From IMG/VR virus record IMGVR_UViG_3300019872_000007, positions 1-38,569 of that record: DNA of 38,569 bases. One strand, 5' to 3'. Each line of letters starts with the position of its first letter. Within the stretch, counting starts at the first letter, position 1. The notes below the pieces were generated by a model. It was not told the origin of the DNA. It did not search any database and worked only from the letters and a program-made list of their open reading frames with translations. Shown in pieces: positions 1-8,334 of this stretch. The stretch is from a virus (taxonomy: Duplodnaviria; Caudoviricetes). Made by a program: the position numbers and the translations under genes.

Positions 1-157
1 ACATGCGTCAGGGGTGCTGGCAAAAACCAAGCCACTGAAGAATATCCTGTTGCAAATCCCACTGCCCCTCTAGCTCCAGCAAGAGCACCAAATTTCATTG
101 AGTCAACTACAATATGTCGAATGGGCGTATCTCTCAAGAATTGGGTATCTTCATATT
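1..157. repeat. Terminal direct repeat / circular overlap, copy 1
   Basis: 1-157 equals 38413-38569 except G123 vs A38535. Confidence 0.97.
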
Positions 158-257
158 GCTCAATCTGCTCATCAAGATCTAATCGTTCGAGTATAGGATG
201 CAAGGGAAGGGTTATCCCTGGGATATTTTGGCAAAACATGTAAGGCGCGATCATCAT
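1..257 (-). CDS. 5' part of junction-spanning membrane protein (continues to 38169; about 166 aa)
   Basis: ATGs at 257/254 after AAGAGGA; open frame MMIAPYMFCQNIPGITLPLHPILERLDLDEQIEQYEDTQFLRDTP, in frame with the 38169..38549 ORF. Confidence 0.75.
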   Translation of the reverse strand, partial: MMIAPYMFCQNIPGITLPLHPILERLDLDEQIEQYEDTQFLRDTPIRHIVVDSMKFGALAGARGAVGFATGYSSVAWFLPAPLTH

Positions 258-271
258 TTCCTCTTTTTTCG

Positions 272-487
272 TTAGTCATTCTCAAATTCTTCTATCGGAA
301 TCCACTTCAAAACAAACACGGTTTCTTCTGTTTCACATCTTTTCCATCCCTCAAATGGTGAAAAAAATACATCTACATATCCCATCCAACAAGTTGTGTC
401 TTTATTATCGCCTTTGCAAATATAAGCTAGGCATCTAGTTGACTTATTTAGAGGGGGTAAAGTCTCTTTTGAGTTTCTCCAGTTCAT
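272..487 (-). CDS. DUF551-like phage protein
   Basis: N-terminal MNWRNSKETLPP and C-terminal WIPI, typical of DUF551; AAGGA RBS. Confidence 0.6.
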   Translation of the reverse strand: MNWRNSKETLPPLNKSTRCLAYICKGDNKDTTCWMGYVDVFFSPFEGWKRCETEETVFVLKWIPIEEFEND

Positions 488-510
488 TTTTAATCCTTTC
501 TTTTTATGTA

Positions 511-538
511 ACGTCTGATAATTAAGGTTATGTTGATA
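511..538 (+). other. XerC/XerD dif-like recombination site
   Basis: ACGTCTGATAA-TTAAGG-TTATGTTGATA: 11-6-11 layout with ATAA and TTATGTT flanking the spacer, as in E. coli dif GGTGCGCATAA-TGTATA-TTATGTTAAAT; intergenic. Confidence 0.65.
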
Positions 539-640
539 AAGATCTTATTTTAGTAGCTTTATAATGGGAAATAATGTAGAATTTTTTGTGACTTTTTCAT
601 ATGTTCAGTCAATTTTACAAATTTCATAGTTTTTGCATAA

Positions 641-823
641 TTATTCATTTCCATTCACCATTTCTTCAAAGGTTATCTGATAATTTATAGGGTGAAATGT
701 CCCAAACCATAAGCAATTCTTACATAAATCTATAGGTTCGATCTCTCCGGTTTCCATGTTCTCAATGCCCATACGATGAGAAGCCTCGCATTTTTTGCAC
801 GGAGGATATATTATTTTACTCAT
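641..823 (-). CDS. Small zinc-finger protein (start revised to ATG 823)
   Basis: MSKIIYPPCKKC...CKNC; revised start avoids overlap with the upstream ORF. Confidence 0.55.
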   Translation of the reverse strand: MSKIIYPPCKKCEASHRMGIENMETGEIEPIDLCKNCLWFGTFHPINYQITFEEMVNGNE

Positions 824-842
824 ATGATCCCTATCCTTGAAA

Positions 843-1034
843 TCAATTGCTTTTATTATAAATGCATACTTCACATTGACATATATTACCTGGAAAATGT
901 CTATCGCAATACGAAGGCATCTCTTCATTAACTGTATCAAAGAATTTTGCTTTTTCTTCACACATACTGCATTTTTTTCCTAATTGAGCAAGCTGCACTT
1001 TAGATATAAGAATATACCCATTATCATCGGTCAT
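843..1034 (-). CDS. Small Cys-rich hypothetical protein
   Basis: CSMC...YCDRH...CQCEVC; tiles the operon. Confidence 0.55.
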   Translation of the reverse strand: MTDDNGYILISKVQLAQLGKKCSMCEEKAKFFDTVNEEMPSYCDRHFPGNICQCEVCIYNKSN

Positions 1035-1275
1035 CGTAGAACTTCTCAAATGCAATTTTCACATCGTTCTCTGTCTTATCAAATAAGTTTCTACATGCTT
1101 TAGATTGCATAAAACATTGAATTCTTACGTCTATACCATCCCTACAGGTGATGATCACCTTCGGCGAATTTTCATCCCAGCATTTACAATATTCGCCATT
1201 TGCCTCAGCTTTCAACTTAGTCACATATGACCAATAGGTTGACTGGCCATAGCCAAAACCATCATATGGGATCAT
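1024..1275 (-). CDS. Hypothetical protein
   Basis: 83 aa; ATGA overlap with the upstream gene. Confidence 0.6.
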   Translation of the reverse strand: MIPYDGFGYGQSTYWSYVTKLKAEANGEYCKCWDENSPKVIITCRDGIDVRIQCFMQSKACRNLFDKTENDVKIAFEKFYDDR

Positions 1276-1541
1276 GACAAATCCTCATATGAGGCCCAAT
1301 CAAAATTTGGGAATTCCTCCTTCAATTCTCGATAAACTTCATCTGTAACATCTTTGAATTTGTGCTCGTCTATAGTAGACATATCATTAACAATCTTAAA
1401 ATCATACCCTTGACAATTCTTCAAAGCTATCATTTGAGGCAATGGATGATTTGGGAAGTAAATACATTTATCAGAAAATTTTAACGGCGCCCACATTTGT
1501 TCTTTAACTGAGTAGTCAACAGCGAAATAATATATCCCCAT
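1272..1541 (-). CDS. Hypothetical protein (start revised to ATG 1541)
   Basis: MGIYYFAVDY begins 1 nt after the upstream stop at 1543. Confidence 0.6.
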   Translation of the reverse strand: MGIYYFAVDYSVKEQMWAPLKFSDKCIYFPNHPLPQMIALKNCQGYDFKIVNDMSTIDEHKFKDVTDEVYRELKEEFPNFDWASYEDLS

Positions 1542-1542
1542 A

Positions 1543-1884
1543 TCATTCTGCCCCCATCTTGCAGCCACATTTTCGACAATAAAAGTTCCCGCTCCAGTCT
1601 GCATTATTCTTATCTTGCCATTGGCTTGTGCGACATCGCTTACAAGTAAATTGCACGCCACTATCAATTTGCTTTACATGTCGAGTCTTCAGAAGCTTAG
1701 AGTGATAATATCCAGAAGATCCATGCAAAAAAACCGCATAGAATAGCAAAGGCAAAAGCAGACATAAAAATTTCGCGACCATCCATGTCTCTACCCTTTT
1801 TTCTGCCTTATTCCTGCGAGATAATTTCTCATCATATCGCAATTTCTGGATCTCTTCGTCAAGCCATTCGTTTTTTGGATTCAT
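1543..1884 (-). CDS. Membrane-anchored zinc-ribbon protein
   Basis: Hydrophobic segment FLCLLLPLLFYAVFL; C-terminal CKRC...CRKC. Confidence 0.6.
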   Translation of the reverse strand: MNPKNEWLDEEIQKLRYDEKLSRRNKAEKRVETWMVAKFLCLLLPLLFYAVFLHGSSGYYHSKLLKTRHVKQIDSGVQFTCKRCRTSQWQDKNNADWSGNFYCRKCGCKMGAE

Positions 1885-2035
1885 TATCAACCCTTTTGGA
1901 TTTTTCGTTTATAGCATCCCTTATCCATTCAGTTTTTGTCATGCCATATTCTTGCCTCAATGCTCTGTCCAAGCGAGTTAAATTCTCAGGAGATAGCCGA
2001 AGACAGAATTTAGTATATATTATTTTTTCTTCCAT
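1859..2035 (-). CDS. Ribbon-helix-helix (Arc/CopG-like) DNA-binding protein, 58 aa, absent from the ORF track
   Basis: Hand translation MEEKIIYTKFCLRLSPENLTRLDRALRQEYGMTKTEWIRDAINEK...; beta-strand FCLRL, helix, G-x-T-K-T-E-W-I-R helix; AAGGA RBS. Confidence 0.75.
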   Translation of the reverse strand: MEEKIIYTKFCLRLSPENLTRLDRALRQEYGMTKTEWIRDAINEKSKRVDNESKKRMA

Positions 2036-2042
2036 ATCTTCC

Positions 2043-2071
2043 TTGACGTAATTTTACTTAGAATATACGAT
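2043..2071 (+). promoter_or_regulatory. Sigma70-type promoter
   Basis: TTGACG-17-TACGAT upstream of the 2103 ORF. Confidence 0.7.
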
Positions 2072-2090
2072 ATATACCACACATACGCAA
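2062..2090 (-). promoter_or_regulatory. Sigma70-type promoter for the RHH operon
   Basis: TTGCGT-17-TATATT; -10 overlaps that of the plus-strand promoter. Confidence 0.6.
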
Positions 2091-2102
2091 GGAAAATCTC
2101 AA

Positions 2103-2381
2103 ATGAAAAATTCATCGTGGAAATTGGTCGATTCCCTACCAGAATATACTCAGTTGCTTTTATTTCCCCCTACAGAAATGGAAGTTTTGACAATCCGAGT
2201 TAAGCAATTTGAAGCAGAGGTTAAGGACAAATTAGACCGCCAAAGGAAATCTCAGTTCGCTAAAATTGGAGCTTTACAGAAATCCGTCGATGAACTAAAA
2301 CAAGATCTTGACATCATCAAGCGTGGTTTATGTCAACAAAGTAAAAATTGTGATATCGTTGAATTGCAATGGGCGAAATAA
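2103..2381 (+). CDS. Coiled-coil hypothetical protein
   Basis: 92 aa, heptad pattern, AAGGA RBS, promoter upstream. Confidence 0.7.
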   Translation: MKNSSWKLVDSLPEYTQLLLFPPTEMEVLTIRVKQFEAEVKDKLDRQRKSQFAKIGALQKSVDELKQDLDIIKRGLCQQSKNCDIVELQWAK

Positions 2382-2388
2382 GGTCAAA

Positions 2389-2577
2389 ATGAAAAAACTT
2401 CTTCCTCTAATGTTTCTGCTTTCTTCCTGTAGCTGCTCTCTGCAAGTATGGGAAATTCAATATGAAAGCGCTCTGCAAATGGCCGAAAAAGAAGTGACCG
2501 CACCTGAAAATTATCAGCCCAAGACCGACGGCATGAATGGACCAGATAGAGCTCTTTATCGATCAGCCGTCATCTAG
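2389..2577 (+). CDS. Small lipoprotein (start revised to ATG 2389)
   Basis: MKKLLPLMFLLSS-C: signal peptide with lipobox. Confidence 0.7.
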   Translation: MKKLLPLMFLLSSCSCSLQVWEIQYESALQMAEKEVTAPENYQPKTDGMNGPDRALYRSAVI

Positions 2578-2578
2578 C

Positions 2579-2606
2579 TTGACGGTTTTTATTGAGTTGC
2601 CGTCAA
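2579..2606. terminator. Hairpin between convergent genes
   Basis: TTGACGG...CCGTCAA inverted repeat; no clear U tract. Confidence 0.4.
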
Positions 2607-2621
2607 ACTCCATCTACCCGA

Positions 2622-3293
2622 TTATTTTAGGCAATTAATATTCAAAGTCGCCACTGTTACAGGGAATATGATTCCGACTGTATTTGGAGTCATATCCACG
2701 CTATTTGAGCTAGCATTCCGCAACTTCAGTACATCACCCGCAGCAATAGCAATCATAACTTCTCCCGTGACCTGCAAAGTGTCATCAGAACCCGCTTGAG
2801 TAAACCCTGAGATCGTTGAACCAGGAACTAGAACATTATTTAGCCATAGACCAAATGAAAAGCTTGGAATTGGAAAAGGAATAGGCTGGCTTACTTTAGC
2901 TTCTGCCCCAAAGTTAATTCTATAAACGCCGGCTTTCAGAAATTTCACGGATCCATCAACAGCCATTTTAGTCAAATCAAAATCAGCTGCTATAATAGCA
3001 TTGGTAGATTGGAATAAAACAGCATCTGCACCTGTACCAAAAGCCGCTATTACTTGTGGTGGTTGTGCCCAGATATTAGCGTAGGATACGCAGCCAACTC
3101 CCCCGTTGCCCGTGCCAGTGCAATCACAATCTTTACCTGGAGCACCTTGCATACCAGCTATTCCTTGTATGCCTTGCAACCCCATAATACCTTGTACGCC
3201 TTGTGGACCCTGTAACCCGGGAACGCCTTGCGGGCCTTGTTCACAACAGCAAGCACAATCTTTTTTGTACATATCATCTTTACACATAAACAC
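2622..3293 (-). CDS. Collagen-repeat protein with BclA-C/C1q-like head
   Basis: About 12 Gly-X-Y triplets flanked by Cys clusters, followed by beta-sandwich motifs [27 protein letters not shown]. Confidence 0.8.
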   Translation of the reverse strand: MFMCKDDMYKKDCACCCEQGPQGVPGLQGPQGVQGIMGLQGIQGIAGMQGAPGKDCDCTGTGNGGVGCVSYANIWAQPPQVIAAFGTGADAVLFQSTNAIIAADFDLTKMAVDGSVKFLKAGVYRINFGAEAKVSQPIPFPIPSFSFGLWLNNVLVPGSTISGFTQAGSDDTLQVTGEVMIAIAAGDVLKLRNASSNSVDMTPNTVGIIFPVTVATLNINCLK

Positions 3294-3335
3294 CTCAAAA
3301 TTATGAGTTTCGGACGGAACTTTTCGCCATCGATA

Positions 3336-3476
3336 TCATTTTTTCCTAGGAATTTTGGCGCCTGATTTTCTGGCTACATTAAGAGCGATAGCGATAGCTT
3401 GCTTAGGTTTTTTCCCTGCCATTTCCTCTTCTTTAATGTTATGGCCGATGTTCTTTTTCCCTTTCAATAAAGGCAT
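3336..3476 (-). CDS. Small basic phage protein, 46 aa, absent from the ORF track
   Basis: MPLLKGKKNIGHNIKEEEMAGKKPKQAIAIALNVARKSGAKIPRKK; KQAIAIAL motif typical of small phage proteins. Confidence 0.75.
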   Translation of the reverse strand: MPLLKGKKNIGHNIKEEEMAGKKPKQAIAIALNVARKSGAKIPRKK

Positions 3477-3482
3477 GTCCAC

Positions 3483-3575
3483 CTACTTTTTGGTATTCTC
3501 TTTCTTGATTTCTTCGTCTTCAGCTTTCTTAATCTTCTTTGCTTTTCGATGTTCTTTCCCCTTACCCTTAGACAT
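3483..3575 (-). CDS. Lys-rich 30-aa peptide
   Basis: MSKGKGKEHRKAKKIKKAEDEEIKKENTKK; GGAG RBS; fills the operon gap. Confidence 0.5.
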   Translation of the reverse strand: MSKGKGKEHRKAKKIKKAEDEEIKKENTKK

Positions 3576-4251
3576 TTTTCTCCGGTGGTTTTTCGGTTAA
3601 ACATTCCATAAATGCACCTGCAACTCCTGCATGGTCTAATCGGATGCTAGGATCTACCCATATTCTGAATCCTGCCTGTCTAGCTCTACGACAAAAAACA
3701 TAATCTTCACCCCAAAATTCTCCTTCCCAAACTTCAGTATCAAATAAACAATGACCTTCAGTATGTTTCAGAGACTCTTCTTTAGGGATATAGTGTAAAT
3801 TAGGGAAGAATTCAATCATTTTTTCCAGCAGATTTCTAGTCAAAAGCATAAATCCCGCTGGGATATATTGCATCTCAAGAAGTCCTTTAGGCGAGACATC
3901 CATACGCTTATCTTCTCCGTACACTCCACGAAAAAGAAAACAACGATCTGGTCCCCTTGCGGGATATAGTGCCGCAACAAAATCCTCATCCATATTGATC
4001 ATTCTTTGCACATCTATAGGATTCCATGCAATATCTGAGTCAATGCATAACATATGCGTGCAATCAGATTCTAGAAAGGCCTTAATCAAGTCATTACGCT
4101 CACGTACAAGCAATGATCCAGAAGTATGTATCCTCATAATGGTTTCAATAGCATGGGAAGCTAAATAAAGCCGTGTATCAGCTAGTGAACAGGCATAGGA
4201 AACGTTTACTTTTCCGTCAAAAGCGGGTGTGGCGATAAATAATTTTGTCAT
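3568..4251 (-). CDS. GT-A fold glycosyltransferase-like protein
   Basis: LFIATP, RN, LCIDSD (DxD), GFMLL, GEDYVFC, IWVDP..L.H motifs. Confidence 0.8.
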   Translation of the reverse strand: MTKLFIATPAFDGKVNVSYACSLADTRLYLASHAIETIMRIHTSGSLLVRERNDLIKAFLESDCTHMLCIDSDIAWNPIDVQRMINMDEDFVAALYPARGPDRCFLFRGVYGEDKRMDVSPKGLLEMQYIPAGFMLLTRNLLEKMIEFFPNLHYIPKEESLKHTEGHCLFDTEVWEGEFWGEDYVFCRRARQAGFRIWVDPSIRLDHAGVAGAFMECLTEKPPEKNV

Positions 4252-6176
4252 AGAGCCCTTATATATAATCCTCTTTTATAATTATTCAGCCATTCTGTAG
4301 TAAGTTGTCCATTTATCGCGGCATCAGTGGGGACCTGAAATTGTGTCGCAGGATTATAAGCATATGTTGAATTTGAAGTTTCAAGAGTACTTGCAGCGGA
4401 ATTTGTAGCTATAAATACCGAGCCCCCTGCAGCGCTTACATTTGCAGAAGCAATATTTCCAGGGTTTTGAGTCCATGTTATAGCATCTGTGGATGAAAGC
4501 ATCGTTGTAGTACTTGCGACGCCTGCTATATAAGATGAACCAGAAAAAGCCAATCCGCTTACAGTTGTTGTAACTGTGCTGGCCCTAGATGTCCAGGATT
4601 CTCCATCGGTTGAGGTAGCTATAACACCACCAGCACCAGATATAACAAAATTAGAACTATATATTGCGGATGATAAACTTGATGAAGTAAATAATCCTGT
4701 ATTATTTGTCCATGTTGTGCCATCTGTGGAAGTATATATTGAATTAAATCCGCCTGCATAAAACAGAGAATTATAAAATACTGAATATAACTGATTTCCT
4801 GTTGGGCTTGTCCTACTTGTCCATGTGATTGCATCCGTTGAGGATTGAATTGCACCTCCCGCTCCGACTGCAACATATGCTCCGTTTCCAAATGCTATTC
4901 CGTAAATTGAGGATGTGGTTGCGCTTGTTCTTGATGTCCAGGTTGTTGCATCAGTTGATGTCCCTAAAGCTCCATTCGCTCCAGCATATACATGCAAACT
5001 ATTACCAAATCCTAATGAATAAATAGAGGAAATAGTATTACTAGTTCTAACCGTCCAAGTAATGGCGTCTGTTGAGCTTGCTACAACTCCTCCCGCACCT
5101 GCATATACATAAGCCGTTCCATAGATTAATGAATTAATTACACTCGCTGTATTACTGGTTCGAGCCGTCCAAGTTGTTCCATCAGTTGATGTACCCAAAC
5201 CGCCTCCATTCGTTCCATAAACGTGTACGCCTCCGCTAGAATATGTTAAAGCGTTAACTTGACTAGTCGTATTACTTGTGCGAGCTGTCCAGGTAATTGC
5301 GTCAGTTGAACTCGCTATTAAACCTCCAGTTCCTCCATAAATATAAGCTGTGCCATAAGTAAGGACATTTAATACACTGGTTGTCCCTGATGATCTTCCG
5401 GTCCAAGTTAGGGCATCTGTAGATGTAGAAAGGATCCCATTGCTTGAACAACAAACATATAATGAGTTTCCAAATATAAAGGGCCTATAACCATTTGTGG
5501 ATGCATTTTGCAGCCCAATACTAGGAGTTTTTGTATTCCAAGTTGTGCCATCAGTTGAGGTCACAATTGTTCCAAGACTGCCGACTCCTACATATTTATT
5601 ATTTCCAAACGCTGCTGAAAAAATTGTAGTTGTTGTCGGCGAATTTCTGGCAACCCAAGTTATTGCATCAGTTGATGAAGATAAACCACCATTACCTGTG
5701 ACATATACATAAACTGAACCATATGTTAGCCCATTAATATTACTCGTTGTACCACTTGTCCTACTTGTCCATGTGATTGCATCTGTAGAAGTCGCTAAAG
5801 CGCCTCCTGATCCGGCATAAACATATAAAGAATTGCCAAAAGTTAAAGCAGATATGTTACTTCCTGTCCCACTTGTTCTTGCTGTCCAGGTTATACCATC
5901 AGTACTTGTGGAAAGTCCTCCATTTGCTGTTCCAAAAACATATACACTACCAAAAGTTAAAGAAGAAATACCACTTGCTGTACCACTAGTTCTAGATGTC
6001 CAAATAGAACCGCCAGGATTCAATAAACCTAATCGATTAAATAGCGCCTGATATGTAGCTTGAGAATATGTTGCGCCATCACATAATAGCCATCTGCCAT
6101 CAAGGTATGCCGCTCCATTAGCGTTACTAAAATAGGCCACTTCACCTACTGGACTCCCATCATCGCCAAATGCCAT
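4248..6176 (-). CDS. Tail fibre/receptor-binding protein: tail-collar domain plus Asp-box beta-propeller repeats
   Basis: PVGEV...WLLCDGATYSQATYQALFNRLG collar motif; about 14 repeats of about 39 aa with S-T-D-x-x-T-W. Confidence 0.85.
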   Translation of the reverse strand: MAFGDDGSPVGEVAYFSNANGAAYLDGRWLLCDGATYSQATYQALFNRLGLLNPGGSIWTSRTSGTASGISSLTFGSVYVFGTANGGLSTSTDGITWTARTSGTGSNISALTFGNSLYVYAGSGGALATSTDAITWTSRTSGTTSNINGLTYGSVYVYVTGNGGLSSSTDAITWVARNSPTTTTIFSAAFGNNKYVGVGSLGTIVTSTDGTTWNTKTPSIGLQNASTNGYRPFIFGNSLYVCCSSNGILSTSTDALTWTGRSSGTTSVLNVLTYGTAYIYGGTGGLIASSTDAITWTARTSNTTSQVNALTYSSGGVHVYGTNGGGLGTSTDGTTWTARTSNTASVINSLIYGTAYVYAGAGGVVASSTDAITWTVRTSNTISSIYSLGFGNSLHVYAGANGALGTSTDATTWTSRTSATTSSIYGIAFGNGAYVAVGAGGAIQSSTDAITWTSRTSPTGNQLYSVFYNSLFYAGGFNSIYTSTDGTTWTNNTGLFTSSSLSSAIYSSNFVISGAGGVIATSTDGESWTSRASTVTTTVSGLAFSGSSYIAGVASTTTMLSSTDAITWTQNPGNIASANVSAAGGSVFIATNSAASTLETSNSTYAYNPATQFQVPTDAAINGQLTTEWLNNYKRGLYIRAL

Positions 6177-6182
6177 AATACC

Positions 6183-6560
6183 TCAAGAATAATAGCCTAT
6201 TAATGCAACACGTAACACATAAGTTGTCGCTGTGGCTGGCGTCGTCACTTTAACAGAAATAGCTGTCGAAGGAGCAACGGATGGTATCACAGCGACCAAA
6301 GGCAAATTTATCATTAAATTCGCTGCGCTGACACCTGTCAAGGCTGTAATTGGCAATATATTACTCACTCCCACATCTGTCCCAATCGACAGGGATGCTG
6401 CCACGGCAAACCCGGTCGTTGACTGTAGTTGTATACTTACAAATAGAGGCATAAACCTTTCGCCTGCGTTAGTCGTGATAATCGACGTTGTTGCGGCAGA
6501 AGTTCCATCAATCCCACCCAATTGTATTACTCTGAGCTCTAAAGGTTGGTTGTATGACAT
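6183..6560 (-). CDS. Putative virion structural protein
   Basis: 125 aa, beta-rich, within the fibre cluster. Confidence 0.65.
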   Translation of the reverse strand: MSYNQPLELRVIQLGGIDGTSAATTSIITTNAGERFMPLFVSIQLQSTTGFAVAASLSIGTDVGVSNILPITALTGVSAANLMINLPLVAVIPSVAPSTAISVKVTTPATATTYVLRVALIGYYS

Positions 6561-7190
6561 CTATTGCACGTGTTTCCATGTTTTTCCTTGACCGACTAAA
6601 GAGATTGCCATAAAACTAACTCCATATTTTCTTGAAAGAAAGGCTTTTGTAACACCCAAAGAAAGCATTTTTCTAATTTCAGGGATATCGCTGTCTTTAA
6701 GCTTTGCAAGGGGTCTAGATTCTCCATGACACGATCTTCCTTTTTTTACACTGTCCTCACTATTCTCTTTGATAGACCCAAGCCATAAGTGCTCAGGATT
6801 CGTACAAGTCGGGTTGTCACAAGAATGACAAACTAAAAATCCTTGGGGAATATCTCCCTTATACATTTCATAGGATAATCTATGCGCTTTATAATGTTTA
6901 TTTTTTCCTGCATAAATATAAGCATATCCGTTTTTATCTAATGAATCTTTCCATCTCCAACAGCCTTTCTGCCTAATGACTTTTTCTTCAAATGAAGCTA
7001 TCATTCTTGCTCTTTTTTCTTCATCAGTAGCTGTAGGCCAAAAAAGACGTTTTTCATTTCCTTTTATCCCAAAATCACGATTTGTACATTTTTTTCCACA
7101 AAATCTTGCGTCTGGTTGCGAATCATGCCTTCTCCATTCAAACTCTCTTTCACATGTTTCACAAACTGATTTTCCTAATTTACATGCCAT
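6561..7190 (-). CDS. HNH homing endonuclease (start ATG 7190)
   Basis: CW-W, AHRLSY, VCHSCDNPTCTNPEHL...N motif; N-terminal zinc finger, C-terminal HTH; GGAGG RBS. Confidence 0.92.
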   Translation of the reverse strand: MACKLGKSVCETCEREFEWRRHDSQPDARFCGKKCTNRDFGIKGNEKRLFWPTATDEEKRARMIASFEEKVIRQKGCWRWKDSLDKNGYAYIYAGKNKHYKAHRLSYEMYKGDIPQGFLVCHSCDNPTCTNPEHLWLGSIKENSEDSVKKGRSCHGESRPLAKLKDSDIPEIRKMLSLGVTKAFLSRKYGVSFMAISLVGQGKTWKHVQ

Positions 7191-7241
7191 ATAGCCTCCT
7201 GTCATAGAGGATACATTATCATATACTGTGATTAATCACAA
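7189..7241 (-). promoter_or_regulatory. Promoter plus RBS-sequestering hairpin of the HNH gene
   Basis: TTGTGA-17-TAATGT; hairpin ATGTA.CCTCT/GGAGG.TATAT; palindrome TGTGATTAATCACA at 7227-7240. Confidence 0.5.
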
Positions 7242-7244
7242 AAT

Positions 7245-8333
7245 CTACAAGACGCGCCAGCTACTCCCAGTGTATAGGCAATCCACGCTCCCCCAATTGC
7301 TGCTGATAACATAACTAGCAGCCCCATCGATCGTTCCTGCATTTGGTGTTATAGTGATATTAAATGCTGCCGCAGTGCCGACGTTATCTTTGATACGATA
7401 TGTGGTACCAGTTACTGGGGTGGCTATTAAATTAATGGTTCTAGCCGCTGAAGTGTCCACTAAAATCACATAATCGGTTGTGAGTGTTGTGTAGGGGTAT
7501 GCTCCAGGAACGGTTGTTTTTACCACACGACCAGAGACAGTATTAATAACCCCTGCTATATACGTCTGCAACTGTTGGCCTGTGCCAGAGCCTTGCGTGC
7601 CTAGGCGCATTACATTCGATTCTCCAGTAACACCTATATTCCCTATGATAATATTACTCGCTTCTGCTGCCGTATATTGGCTGCCTACCTCCCACCCAAT
7701 TCCAATATTGTCGCTTCCTGTTTTTAGAGCGCCTAAAGAAGCATTTCCTAATGCCGTATTTCTCCCTATTGCCGTCGTTAATTGAGCTAAACTTGAGGCG
7801 CCTATTGCGGTATTTGATACAGAAACTGTTGCTACTTGTAGGGCAGCATATCCGAACGCGACGTTTATTCCTCCAGTTGTTAACGCATTTCCAGCGCCAT
7901 TACCTACAGCCGTATTTGCGTTTGCAGTAGTAGTTGCGTTTAAAACTAGCTGACCAAGTCCAGTGTTTAAAAGTCCTGTTGTTCGATTGGGTAATGAGCT
8001 TCCCAAAACAAGATTTGAAAGACTGAAATTCAATACTCTTGAGCCTGCAACATTAGCAAATTGCGGCGTGGCATTTGAAGTAACTACATTTAAAGCGCCC
8101 GCATTTGCGACAGCTGTTATATTTGGCGAAGAAAACCCGAACGTTATTGAGCTATCCGGAGAAGTTAATGTACCAACATTGATATGTGTACCTCCAGCAT
8201 TTACAGCAGTTGTACCGATCAACATTTGGCCGTTTGTCAATATCTGACCTGTAGGCGTTGCCCCACCGCTAAAATCTACGTTTTTGCTATAGACCAACTC
8301 TATATCATTGCCATCATGTGCGAATCCTGACAT
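7245..8333 (-). CDS. Tail fibre with YadA-head-like beta-roll repeats
   Basis: About 14-aa NTAxG repeats; C-terminal YRIKD...TIDG...W domain common in fibres. Confidence 0.75.
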   Translation of the reverse strand: MSGFAHDGNDIELVYSKNVDFSGGATPTGQILTNGQMLIGTTAVNAGGTHINVGTLTSPDSSITFGFSSPNITAVANAGALNVVTSNATPQFANVAGSRVLNFSLSNLVLGSSLPNRTTGLLNTGLGQLVLNATTTANANTAVGNGAGNALTTGGINVAFGYAALQVATVSVSNTAIGASSLAQLTTAIGRNTALGNASLGALKTGSDNIGIGWEVGSQYTAAEASNIIIGNIGVTGESNVMRLGTQGSGTGQQLQTYIAGVINTVSGRVVKTTVPGAYPYTTLTTDYVILVDTSAARTINLIATPVTGTTYRIKDNVGTAAAFNITITPNAGTIDGAASYVISSNWGSVDCLYTGSSWRVL

Positions 8334-8334
8334 A

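Noticed and set aside
1785-2051. 88-aa plus-strand ORF
   Set aside because: Antisense to the better-supported RHH gene and its downstream neighbour
3355-3600. 81-aa hydrophobic plus-strand ORF
   Set aside because: Mirror of two Lys-rich minus-strand ORFs (poly-Lys reads as poly-Phe)
6561-7245. Group I intron around the HNH gene
   Set aside because: Flanking genes are intact and the non-coding flanks (0 and about 54 nt) are too short for a ribozyme core
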